From Nageia nagi (taxonomy: Eukaryota > Plantae > Pinophyta), in assembly GCA_050084985.1 (NCBI GenBank), contig JBITNC010000001.1:70308001-70372000 (forward strand): a stretch of DNA of 64,000 nucleotides, in the 5' to 3' direction. The notes beneath the pieces are model-generated. The model saw only the letters and a list, made by a program, of their open reading frames with translations, was not told the DNA's origin and ran no database searches. This document shows, in pieces, positions 43,624 through 54,770 of the stretch. A program made the position numbers and the translations under genes. The first letter of the stretch is position 1. The number at the start of each line of letters is the position of its first letter.

Positions 43624-45700
43624 GCAGACTAATAGTTTGTACATCGATATCTTGATGGAACATGGCATGTGCATAGAAAGTGTGGAAAGATACACTTCTA
43701 TTGCATTGTTAATATATGTCTTACCATAGGGGGTAAAGGGTTTACCGAATGAAGGCATTTGAATGCACATAAAAGGTCACAACATTCAGGTACGAATTTA
43801 CCATATGTTGATTGTCCAAGAAATGAACGATCCTTATGTGAAACAAAAGTATCATCAACTTTAAGCTATATTTATGGCTATTAAAATCAGATATTATTTT
43901 GCACCATTTTTAATCTTCTTTGAAGATTTGGAATCATTATGTTATATGGTATTACCTATGGTTGTATATAGACAATTGTATATGATTGTTATGCTATTGT
44001 GTGTTATATAAATGTGTGTAATGTTTGAACTTTTAATAGTTTTTTTAATGAATAAATTTTGCAATGTTTTATAAAAACTTGAAATAAAAGGTGATGTACC
44101 TAATATTTATTATAAATTTTCTAGAAATGGATTATGAATTTATTACAATTATGTTATCATTTCCTTTCTATTTCCTTAGCAATCCCAATATAAAATCCAA
44201 CAATTTTTCTCCCTTGCAGGCATGAGTTGTTTCTCCTGTGCAAGCTCAAGTTGTTTCTCCCGTGCAGGCATGAGTTGTTTCTCCCATGCAGGCATGAGTT
44301 GTTTTTGGTGAAGAGGATGTTTTAAAGTATCCTTCCAACAATTTTGAGGTAATTTAGTTAGTTGAGGATAAATTTCTTATCAACCTAAGCATTATTTCTT
44401 GCTAAAATTTGAGGTTATTTAGTTAGTTTCCCTTATCTAGACATTTTTGCTTTTGTTCTTCCAAAAACTCAAAATTATGCATCTAAGGGTTGGACAAGAG
44501 TAGAAATTCTAAGCAGGGATAATGCATTCAATCTAAGTACCCTCATATTAGATGATAGCTTAGACCAATGTCAAGAAATTATTAAAGTCGTCAATGCATG
44601 TAGTAGTATTGCACTTGTTATTTATAAGTGGTTATTAGAACACCCTACATAAGTACCTAACGGGTCTATGCTAGATACACTAATAAAAAATGGTTATGCA
44701 GCATATAAAAAGATGTACAAAATAGCAGTGAAAAAGAATTTCCATGATGGTTGTATTGATTTGAAAATAACTTAAAAAAAAATGAAACTACCTTTAGAGT
44801 TGGATGAGATGTCTCCCCTTTTCCTACTTCCACAATGCTTGCAAAATATTAAGAATTTTGCATATATTAGAGAGTTTTTCATTGTTTAAGTATGATACTC
44901 TTGCACCTATCTTAGCAATCTACATATTTGTATGGAATGGAAATTTTTTTATTCTTAAGGTAAATGAAGATTATTTTTATGTAATTGACACCCTATGAGA
45001 TAGATTGTGAGAATTCAAAGACAAAGCATATGTTATGAAATTTGATAATGATAGTAGAATATATGAAGTTGCAATAGATACCATTGAAAATGGGGAAAGC
45101 CTGTAGAAGCTGGTGTGTGAGGGGAAAAAATGTTTAAAAGATTGGATCGAATGTTTTTTAGCCAATTGCTCTTGTAGTTCACTCATTGATGAAAATGAAG
45201 CTCAATCAAATGTTAAAGAAAATAAGCAGGTTGTTGACTTGCTTCAGATTGATTTTTATAAGATGATAAGAAAACCTTTGGTATGCATGTTTCAAATTTC
45301 TCTTTTAGATTGTCATTTATTTCATGTTTCTTATGACTATAATTGGTTTATCACATCCATAGAAGGAACATGTTAGATGTAAACATATTCCACTAGTCAC
45401 CAGGGTTACGCCAGAACATTTCAAGAAAGATGATGAGACCAGACAATTTTATCATGATTGTCAGGGTAGCATTGCATGGAAAAAAAAAGAAAGAACTTTA
45501 AAATTATGAGTTTCTTTTATTGTGTCTAATATGCTTTATCATGATATATCAATGGTTTGCATATTATAACACATCTCGCATTTATTTTATAGGAATGTAT
45601 GGAAGCCATAGGGAACCCAAAAATCAAACTATTGAGGCATATACATGAGTTTGTAAATTTAATCGCTGATGGGAAAACCTAGAGTTTTCATTTGTGAAGG
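43624..45700 (+). pseudogene. Spliced MULE cargo gene: C2H2-like zinc finger plus domain homologous to the C-terminus of plant NT-C2 (At3g11760-like) proteins
   Basis: Exon from 43624: FYCIVNIC..GKGF...HLNAHKRSQH. Exon 44441-45280: GWTRVEILSRD..SLDQ..NACSSIALVI..W..LDTLIKNG..FHDGCIDL..IYIFVWNGNFFILKV..VIDTL..AYVMKFD..CEGKKCLKDWIECFLA..LLQIDFY. Stops and a frameshift present. Confidence 0.72.
44215..44305 (+). repeat. 24-bp tandem repeat x4 at a splice acceptor
   Basis: TGCAGGCATGAGTTGTTTCTCC unit at 44215, 44239, 44263, 44287. Confidence 0.8.
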
Positions 45701-46429
45701 TTGTATTAAGTTTCTACTGAGTTGTCTTTCTAGAGACTAGCTGAGTCCTTGTGAACCTTTTATCTAATTTGTTAGTATTATTATAGTGCTAAAGTACTAT
45801 TTGTAGGTTTCCATCATGGAAGTGAATTTTTGTATGAGAAAAGTGTACAATATTCTAGAGATTAGAGTGAATGCACAATATTTCATTTGATATTCTTGTA
45901 GAAATGTAATGATTTTTGATAGTCCAAATTATGATTATATAAACCGTTTCATAATATATAGAGAGAAATTTGACATGATGATTAGACACAAATTTTTCAT
46001 TATGAATTTGAATCTAAGTTTCATGATGTCCATCAATGTATTTCTCATGTAAACTGTAAACTTTTATGATGTAAATAGATAACATTCTAAAATTGCTTTA
46101 TGATTGAAATTGATTGCAGGTCTTCTACTACTCATCATTCCACTATTGGTTATACTTAACTAACATTCTTATTGCTTTTTTCTTGGTAATTCTCAAATAC
46201 TATTCTAAACATGTTTTGTTCTAAAGAATTGTAAAACAAAAAAATTATGCTCCAAACAACTAAGAAGTTAAACATAATTGGTTTTCAATGTCTCTAAATA
46301 AACTATAGTAGAATTGGTTTTCAATGTCTCCAAACAGCTAAGAAGTTAAACAGTATTGGTTTTCAATGTAAACCTCTAAAACCTTTATCCTATCAAGATC
46401 ATATCGATAAAAAATAGAAAGTTGAGATA

Positions 46430-47130
46430 TAATCACAAAGTGATCATATTGATAATTATACCTATGGGATAATCGCTTTGCAATTATACTAAATAAAAAT
46501 AAAAAAGTTACGGTATAATCGTAGCATGATGCAACCAAACCGCATTACGATTATACCCATGGGATAATAGCAAGGTGGTTTAGTAGAATCATTTTTCAAT
46601 TATACCTAGCAAAGATTCAATGGTTGGGAAATAATCGCAAAGCGAACATATCAAACTGCATTGCAACTATACCTGTGGGATAATTGCAAGGCAATTTGGT
46701 TGAATTATTTTACGATTATACTCGATAAAGATTCAATGGTTGGGGAATAATTGCAAGGCAGTCATACTAAATTGTATTACAATTATTAGAATCACTTTGT
46801 GATTATACCCAAAAATTATTCAATTATTATGGTATAATTGCAAGGTGACCATACTGAACTGCATTGGGATTATACCCATGGGATAATTACAAGGTAGTTT
46901 AGTAGAATACTTTGTGATTATACTTGACAAAGATTCAATGGTTGGGATATAATCGTAAGGCGATCATACCGAATCGCATTACGATTATATCGTGGGATAA
47001 TCGCAAGGCGATTTGGTAGAATAGCTTTGTAATTACACTCAAAAAAGATTCAATCATTGGGGTATATTCGCAAGGCGATCATACCAAAGCACATTGGGAT
47101 TATACTCATGGGATAAACGCTAATGTAATG
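46430..47130. repeat. Internal ~115-bp tandem array built from the TIR subterminal motif
   Basis: GGGATAATCGCAAGG...AAAGATTCAATGGTTGGG...GCATT(G/A)CGATTATACC units; GGGATAA at 46466, 46561, 46677, 46880, 46994, 47110. Confidence 0.85.
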
Positions 47131-48099
47131 CTTTCTTTTAGTCTATCTAGTGTTTTATTTTTAATTTTTTTACCAAACTGATAAGACAAATAATGCATAG
47201 GATTGGTGATTCCTTGGTTAACATTTGCTAATGTAATTCTTTTTTATTACATTGATATCTTAATCCTATTCTTCTAAGAGGATCCTTATTTTCTTGGGAG
47301 TCTAAATTGCATTGAGCAAGCTCACAATGTCTTTTGTAGAGTGCAGTTTTGAAATGCAATTTGATAACTAATGTAATTGTGTGATATGGAAACAAGTTCA
47401 CAATTGTATGAAGATAATTACAATTTGAAATAGTATACTGATAATTACAATTATACATTCTATTTACTTTCTTAATTTGTCCATACATGTGAAGGCTTGC
47501 TTACTTGAGTTCATATGATATTATTTATGTACATCCAAAAATAGTTGCAACATTATAAATGTGAATAGATTCTAAAGATGAATTGCAACATTATAAATGT
47601 GAATGTAATCTAAAGATTATCTTTTCTTGATGAAACACACTTGTTCTGTATCTCAAGAACCATTGAAATAGTAGCAACTAAGAGGACACATCATCAATTT
47701 ACTCTATTAGATGATTATGCTCCAAATGAAATTCTTCGACAAGTTAGTTTTGTAGCCTTACCTGCAACACCAAAAAAATATCACAATCATAATCAAGCAT
47801 TAACATATAGAGTAAAACATGAAACATAGTGAAGCCTTAGCATATAGAGTAAAACTTACATTTTTCCAGCCAACTCTTTTTCCTTCTCAAAGATTGATCT
47901 AGATCAAGTATAAATCCAGACCCAACTAAAGCCTTAGCATGTGCATCTTCAAGTATCTTTGCAACATCTTGATAAATCTATGACCTCTATTTGGTGTTTT
48001 AGGTGCATTTTCAATCAAAGATTTTAAGAAACCAATAGAGTCAACAATTTTTTGCTTTGACTATGGAGAGAAGACATCTACAGTATTTTGGACATGGCT

Positions 48100-48470
48100 C
48101 TTTTGATGAATGTCAACACTAGGAGGTGACACATTCAAATTAAGCTCAAAACTATGAGACAAGACATTCGATCCACACTCGATACTAGGAGGTGACACAT
48201 TCAAATCAAGCTCAAAACTATGAGACAACACATTTAATCCACACTCGATACTAGGAGGTGACACATTCAAATCAAGGTCGAAACTATGAGATAACACATT
48301 CAATCCACACTCGATACTAGGAGGTGACACATTCAAATCAAGCTCCATGTCATGAGGCAACGTGTTTAGATCATAATCGACAGTAGGAGGTGACACATTC
48401 AAATCAAGCTCAAATGTAGAGGAAACACATTCTCCTCACACTTGACATTAGGAGGTGACACATTATTGAA
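48100..48470 (-). repeat. 63-bp (21-aa) tandem repeat in the transposase tail
   Basis: ELDLNVSPPSIECGLNVLSHSF units in ORF 48061..48402. Confidence 0.9.
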
Positions 48471-49991
48471 GGGCCATCTAGATTGAAGTAGGGTTGTAAT
48501 CTTCATGGCATGTTTACAAATATTCTCCTACAATGCCCACATACAATCACATGCATTAAATTCAATCCCATAAGTGGTGACAAGGTATATGGTGGACTTT
48601 GTAGTTTGACTCTTTACACAATAAACATTCAAAATATATTCATGTGAAGAACAATCAAAATTAGGAATGCTACGGGATCTTTTTAGTGCATTTTCAACAT
48701 TCTTCTCCTTTTTATAGTTGTTCCATGAACCCATAGTCTTTAGTAGGTCTTTGTTTGTGTAGTATGACTCTACACACTTGAGAAGGGTGTAAATCAACCA
48801 GTCCATCCTCCTTCCACACTTCCTACTCTTGTCACCAAGAAATTTAAGCTTTAAGAAATAATGGTATGATTCAATGGTTGCATTAGTCTCTTGATTTGCA
48901 TGTGGAAAATCATGAAATGAATTGGCCCACATGGCTGCAAAGCACATGTTATATCCATGATTATAATACCATCAATATAAATGTCAAACCAAATACATAT
49001 AAAAAAAAACTTGTAACCATATAATTATCAATCATTACTGATCCTATCACGAACAACCCACATGTGACGAAAGTAGTCTAGAAATACCTTCTCCTCCTTA
49101 AATTCATTGTAGAAATCATCTAAAAGTGTACTAATTGATGTTCTATTATCATTTGTATGCATAATTCATCCCAACTTGGAGAACATCTTTCTAGCAACAT
49201 CTTGGGAGGATGCATACCTAAAAGTATTTTTCAACCATGCTCTACGTACATGCCACATGCAAAGAAGTTATCGACATTTGAATACCATCCTATCGCATAC
49301 ATCTAAAGATAACATAAGAAATTTGTAATTGAAATTTATTTAAAAAATAGAATTATACTAAAATTTATAGCTAAACTTCAAATCTCATACTTGATAACTT
49401 CTATTTTAGGGAGAGAATCATCTATCATGAAGGCATTCACATGCCAATTAGGAAGATATTGATAGCCTTGATTATGCAATAACTATAATTATTCTTTTAT
49501 TTTTTTGTTCGATTACATTTAAGCAACCACCCATGCAATTAGCACACCACTTTCTTATTCATAAAAAATACATAATGTGTATAATTGGAACTGCAATCGA
49601 AAACACCAAGACATTTAGAATATATATATATATATTTGAAATACCATAAGTAAAGTAAGAAGAGCATATGAGACATAACTTACCAGGTACCAGTTGGTAT
49701 TAAATGTGGCATCCATTGCATTAATATTGTTATGTGATAATGTCACCATCTTCTCCAACATCCATGGAGTTTGAATGCCCAAAACAAAGCTATGCCCCCC
49801 TCCTCATTTTGATGATAAATAAAACATTTATCCTTCTCCTCTTCATACCATAAATTAATACTTTGTCTATCATCATCATATTTTCATACATCCATTTTTT
49901 AAAAGTCTTTTACATATGTTGGCAATATCTCTCTTTATTATAAACTTGTCTCTCATTGTTGGCAATTCACCAGACAACTCATTCAAGCACT

Positions 49992-50480
49992 TGATGGAAT
50001 TAGATCTACACTAATCCTCAAGGTCCAAGACTATAGGAAACTTAATCATTCAACATCTACAAGCTAATAACACCATTCACACAAGATAACACCAATATAA
50101 GTGGTTCCTCCCTCCTTAGGAGTACATCCACAACTAGATCTCAATTCTCAAACTATGCACCCTCTTACTACAATTCCTTTCTCTCCTACACAAACTAGTA
50201 GAGTAATCTTACTCAAAATCTAAGTGAGATTACAAGAGGAGAAGCCCTCTATTTATAGCATGAGAGCACCTCCCTAACCTCCCTTTAACCCAAGGGTAAG
50301 TTTAGGGTTACAATAAATATATTACCTAACTTTAACCTACCAACTAACCACTTGGTAAGGTCAAAGTTTACATAATAAAGAATTCAATTAATCCCTTAAG
50401 GTATCTAAATATCCTTTAAGTGATTAATTGAATTTACAAGGAGTTTAGATATTCACAATATTTCATTACAAATTCTAACA
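49992..50480 (-). mobile_element. Solo LTR inserted in the transposase
   Basis: Reverse complement TGTTAGAATTTGTAATG...CATCA; TSD GCACT/ACACT. Confidence 0.85.
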
Positions 50481-52699
50481 ACACTAACCATCACAAATTT
50501 TATCAATAGACAAACCTATAACCAACAATGCCTCAATCATAGACACTATCTCATGTGACAAATGTGGTGCAATCAAATGCCTCCTAGAGTTTGTTGATAC
50601 ATCATGGACACCATGGCAAGGATGTTCATTCAAATCCACATTTTTAAAAGAATTATAGACAATGAAAGCAACATGATGGTTCCATTCATAAACCTTTACA
50701 AAAAAATTACATTTACATCCTCTCTTTTGGATGAAATATTTATTCCTTTTAGGAGGAGGTGGGTCATTTTGATGATCTTTGAACCCAAATGAGCACCACT
50801 AATTGCAAATTCACAATATTAGACTAATATAGGTATTACATTGAATACAATTAAAAACTAAATGTTACACAACCAAACTAAGGGTTAAAATAGAAAAACA
50901 CATGGAACATGTTCATATTGCAGATGCTTTTGGTGGATAATTAATAGAGTTTTCCTCAAAGACATTTTTCACTTCATGGTTACACACAAAATTGCATTGG
51001 GCTTCAAGAATATTTTCTTCACCTCTTGAAATCTTCCACTCTATCAACAGGTATTGCTGCCACCAAATCTATCTTAATACCTCCCGTGAAACAAATGTTG
51101 CTCCATGATAGGTCAACTCGAGAAAAAACCTTTTTTTCATTCATTTGTTGGACATGTAGGTTGAATGATTTTGATCCACTTCTTACCTTTCACCATTATA
51201 CCACATTGCCATTGTGAAAAAGATGAACATTTAATTAGAATGATATAAAATATGAGCCACTTATGAAATTTTTTATTGCATTTGTGTTACAAACATTTAA
51301 GTGTATTGACACTAAAGATCCAAATCAATATCTGTTTGAATTCAAAGGGAAAATTAAACTTAAGTTTAGGAGCTTACATTTTTAAGCAATCAAGAAAACT
51401 TATATTAGTCCTAATGATTATATAGTTTATAATTCCTTCTTACCTTTGTAATACGTACAAAATGCACATTGAAATGCTTGAACAAACTTTGTAGTAGAAG
51501 TATAAATTTCACCGGCAAGATAATAGAGCTCGTATGTTTACTTAATTATAGATGATATAAATTAAGTATATCATAAGAATGAATAATGATGTTGTATACA
51601 TAGTCTCTTTAAGAGATTTTAGATCTAAATATGAGAAGGCTAATACATCTTCAATCAAAAATGCCCAAAGGTTAGTGAGATACATGATTATTGGTGAATA
51701 TCAAAGGGATTCTTCTATTATTTTTCATGTTAAAAGATTTTGTACGCTTGTGTTTTTCTTTAAAATATAACTTACTCTTATCAACAAATAAATGGAATTT
51801 CTAACATAGGATCCCTAAAGCCAAGAATGCATGATGATTCTTAAAGAAAAAATATAATTTAGAATAAAGGAGACATTCTAGCAAGAATTAGATCGTAGGT
51901 TAACAAAACTTACATGTTGGACAAGCCCATGTTGGAAGAGAATCATTACAAGAAACGTGGAGCAAGTAAACTATAATAGAGAATTCAAATGACCTTCAAC
52001 ACTCTATGGGTTTATACAGGAGCCACTTGGGCCTATCAAAGGCGCCTTAACGTGTACATCAAATAAACTCTATTAGGATTGTAACTAAGATGCAATTGGG
52101 TGAAAATAAAACTTTTTGTTGTTGTAGGAATAGTTTGAAATCAAGTTTCTATAATGCCTACTTGCCTTTAAGAATGTAAGAAGAGTGTGTTTATCCTATT
52201 GTAAAGATATATACAGATTCTCATGGATATCTATGTGATTCTTTGTAAACATATATGAAATATTTGACAAGTTTAAAGAATCCTTTTTAAAGAGAGGGAG
52301 CTTATACTATTATTTAGATATATATAGATTCTCTTGGATCTCTATGTGATTCTTTGTAAACATATATGAAATATTCGACAAGTAGGGTTACACCAAAAAA
52401 CATTGATGAAATATACAAGAATGAAGAAGAAACCTAGTAATGTTACACCAAAAAATAAATACTAATTTTTTTTTAGGTTAAAAGCAACATTTTTTTCATG
52501 GAAGGTACCACTTATAAACCTTTGAAATCACAAACGTGATATTCAACCTTCTTCCCTTGCTCCAAATGAAATCACAAATGAGACATTGAACCACCATGGC
52601 TCGAGTTTTCTAATTCTCGCCCATCAAATCTAGCTAGTGAACTTGAGCTGATGCATTAAATGAATGACATCGAGATTCATGCCCATGCATGCACAAATA

Positions 52700-53168
52700 A
52701 TCATAAGGCGGTTATACCTTTTGAATTTTTTAAAAATTTCCTTAGTATGCGATTATACTCGAAAAAATAAAAATGCGTGATTATATTGCACAAGAATAAA
52801 AAAATGATAATATAATTGTAAGGCAATTTGGTATACGATTATATTCGAGTAAATAAAAAATTGTAGAATAATTGCAAAACGATTTGGTATAATTGCTTTA
52901 CGATATACCTGAATAAATCAAAATAGTTATGATGAAATCGTAAGATAATTTGATATAATTACCAAATGATTATACCTTATAAAAATAAAAAATAACAACA
53001 TGATCGCAAAACGATTTGATATGATCACCTTGAGATTATACCTAACGAAAACAAAAAAATAGTAGAAAAACCGTTTTATGATTTACCTTAGTTATCATAA
53101 AAATAACTTTTTCCAACTTCTGACATATACTCCATCTGATATGTGTCAAAAAAATCAAAACACGCATG
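52700..53168 (-). repeat. Right TIR with subterminal repeats
   Basis: Reverse complement of the 35035 region; GCGATTATAC motifs. Confidence 0.75.
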
Positions 53169-53189
53169 AAGAAAAGCTTAAGATATGCT

Positions 53190-53322
53190 TCGCCCTCCTC
53201 AGCTGCCCAACGACTTGAAGGGGCCCACCTCATTTGAAACCCACGTACTCCCCTGTGATAGGGTCTGCCGCCTCTGAACGCACGCGCGCCGGCCCGGGTT
53301 ACAAGCGGGCGATCCGGACCTC
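53190..53322. promoter_or_regulatory. CpG/GC-rich patch, possible promoter
   Basis: GGGCCCA, CACGTA and GCACGCGCGCCGGCCCGGG in an otherwise CpG-depleted window. Confidence 0.4.
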
Positions 53323-53516
53323 ATATTCCCAATTTGTGGTTGTTTTGTTTACATTTTGGTAAAGGGAATCCGCATAGACCATGATTGTCCTGAATGCAAG
53401 GTATAATTTGCTTCTAAGTTTGTATTTCTTCATGGATTACCAGCTTCACCCAGCACTTTTTGTTGAGTAATAGACTATGGAGCAGAATACGAGGATCTCC
53501 AAGGATTCCAAGCCTA

Positions 53517-53851
53517 GATTTTCCTTTCGAAGATTTGTCTGCCCACTTTAATCATCTGCGTGGACTCTGACTCCATTTTTAGCCAACTATAGGCAGATCC
53601 ATTTTTGGGTTTTGAGAATAAATAGATTCAAGAGTGAGTTTTTAAAGAATTTGGCATATTTTAAGGATTAGTGTAGGGTATAATACATTTAAAATTATCA
53701 AAATATGGAAAATATAAAAAAAGTTCATCTTTCAATCTATTTCTTCTTAAATTCAAGATGGATCTGTTTACAGTTGGCTAAAGATGGAGGCAGAGTCCAA
53801 CATAGATGATTAGAGTGAGCAGACAAAACTTTCAAAGAAGTGAAAAATCTT
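53517..53851 (+). ncRNA. Long fold-back hairpin from inverted duplication of LRR coding sequence; candidate pre-miRNA/hairpin RNA
   Basis: Arms ~53517-53665 and ~53695-53851 are reverse complements; many differences are G:U-compatible on the plus strand. The inverted repeat is certain, expression is untested. Confidence 0.55.
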
Positions 53852-54770
53852 ATTATATCTCTAGCTTTTTCAGAGATGTACAGTTGCTGAGTTTATCTGG
53901 AATTCTGCCTTACCTGTCTGTTTCAAATCTGTCATAGACTTACAGTTGCCTATCGATTCTGGAATCTTTCCATTGAGCATGTTGGACTGTAGGTAGAGTT
54001 GCTTAAGTTTGTCAAGTTGCCAAATTCAGCGGATGGTTCCAGTGAACTTGTTTACCCCAAGATCTAGGAGGGTTAACTCCATCGTTGGATCACTGCCACA
54101 AGGGCAGAGAAGGAGGAATGTTACCTGATAGAGAGTTTTTTCGGAAGTAAAGATATGTCAAAGTTTTTTATCCACCTAAGTAGGGGAATGAACCCGTGAA
54201 ACTGTTATGGCCCAGAACCAGACTTCCAAAAACGTGAAGTTGGTCAGAGAAGTGGGAATGCTTTCAATCAAATCATTGTACAATTAAGCGGATGTGCTCC
54301 AAGTCTTTCAGCCGACCAAATTCTGGTGGTATGCTCCCACTCAAGTTGTTGACTGAAATTCTAATCCACTAAAGATGTTTGCAATTAGCCAGAGATTTGG
54401 GTATATGACCTGTAAGCAGGTTATTTCTGAGGTCCAACACCTTCAATACTTTGGCTTGTCCCAGCTGTGGTGGAATATTTCCTATGAAATGATTGAGGGG
54501 GAGATTTAAAGTGTGCAGTGAGGAAAGATCTCCCAAGGAAGGAGAAATCGCACCTTCCAATTGGAGATCGGGGAGGATGATGACAACCGCTCTTTTAGTA
54601 TGTTTTCTGCACCAAAAACCCTTCCACGAGCACACTGCCTCCGAATTATTTGCAGTCCAAGTGGAGAGCGCTTGCAGTGGATCTGGCTTACTGTTTTCAG
54701 AAGGACAGGAGAGCTTCAATATCCCTCCCATCACCCGGACTGTCTTCTACATTCAAAGCATGCCTGAAGA
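53760..54770 (-). pseudogene. LRR receptor-like protein/kinase pseudogene fragment (N-cap plus plant LRRs)
   Basis: DPLQALSTW...CSWKGFWC N-cap; LxxLxLxxNxLxGxIP repeats in ORF 54369..54734 continue through stops/frameshifts (GSIPPEFGRL, NGKIPESIGNC). Confidence 0.88.

Larger units (their letters stand above)
47860..51215 (-). pseudogene. Intron-containing MULE DDE transposase with SWIM finger (At4g13970/At1g60560-like)
   Basis: IPVDRVEDFKRGE N-terminus; AMDATFNTN; FQLYTL; AFMIDDS; LLCMWHVRRAWLK; ETNATIESYH; RRMDWLIYTL; SWIM CDC..NICKH. Confidence 0.85.
35035..53168. mobile_element. Mutator-like (MULE) DNA transposon with long TIRs
   Basis: 35035-~35300 is the reverse complement of ~52900-53168 (TTTCTGACATATTTTAGATGTAGTACATGTCATAAGTC vs GACATATACTCCATCTGATATGTGTCAAA); contains a MULE/SWIM transposase. 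No TSD identified, termini approximate. Confidence 0.75.
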
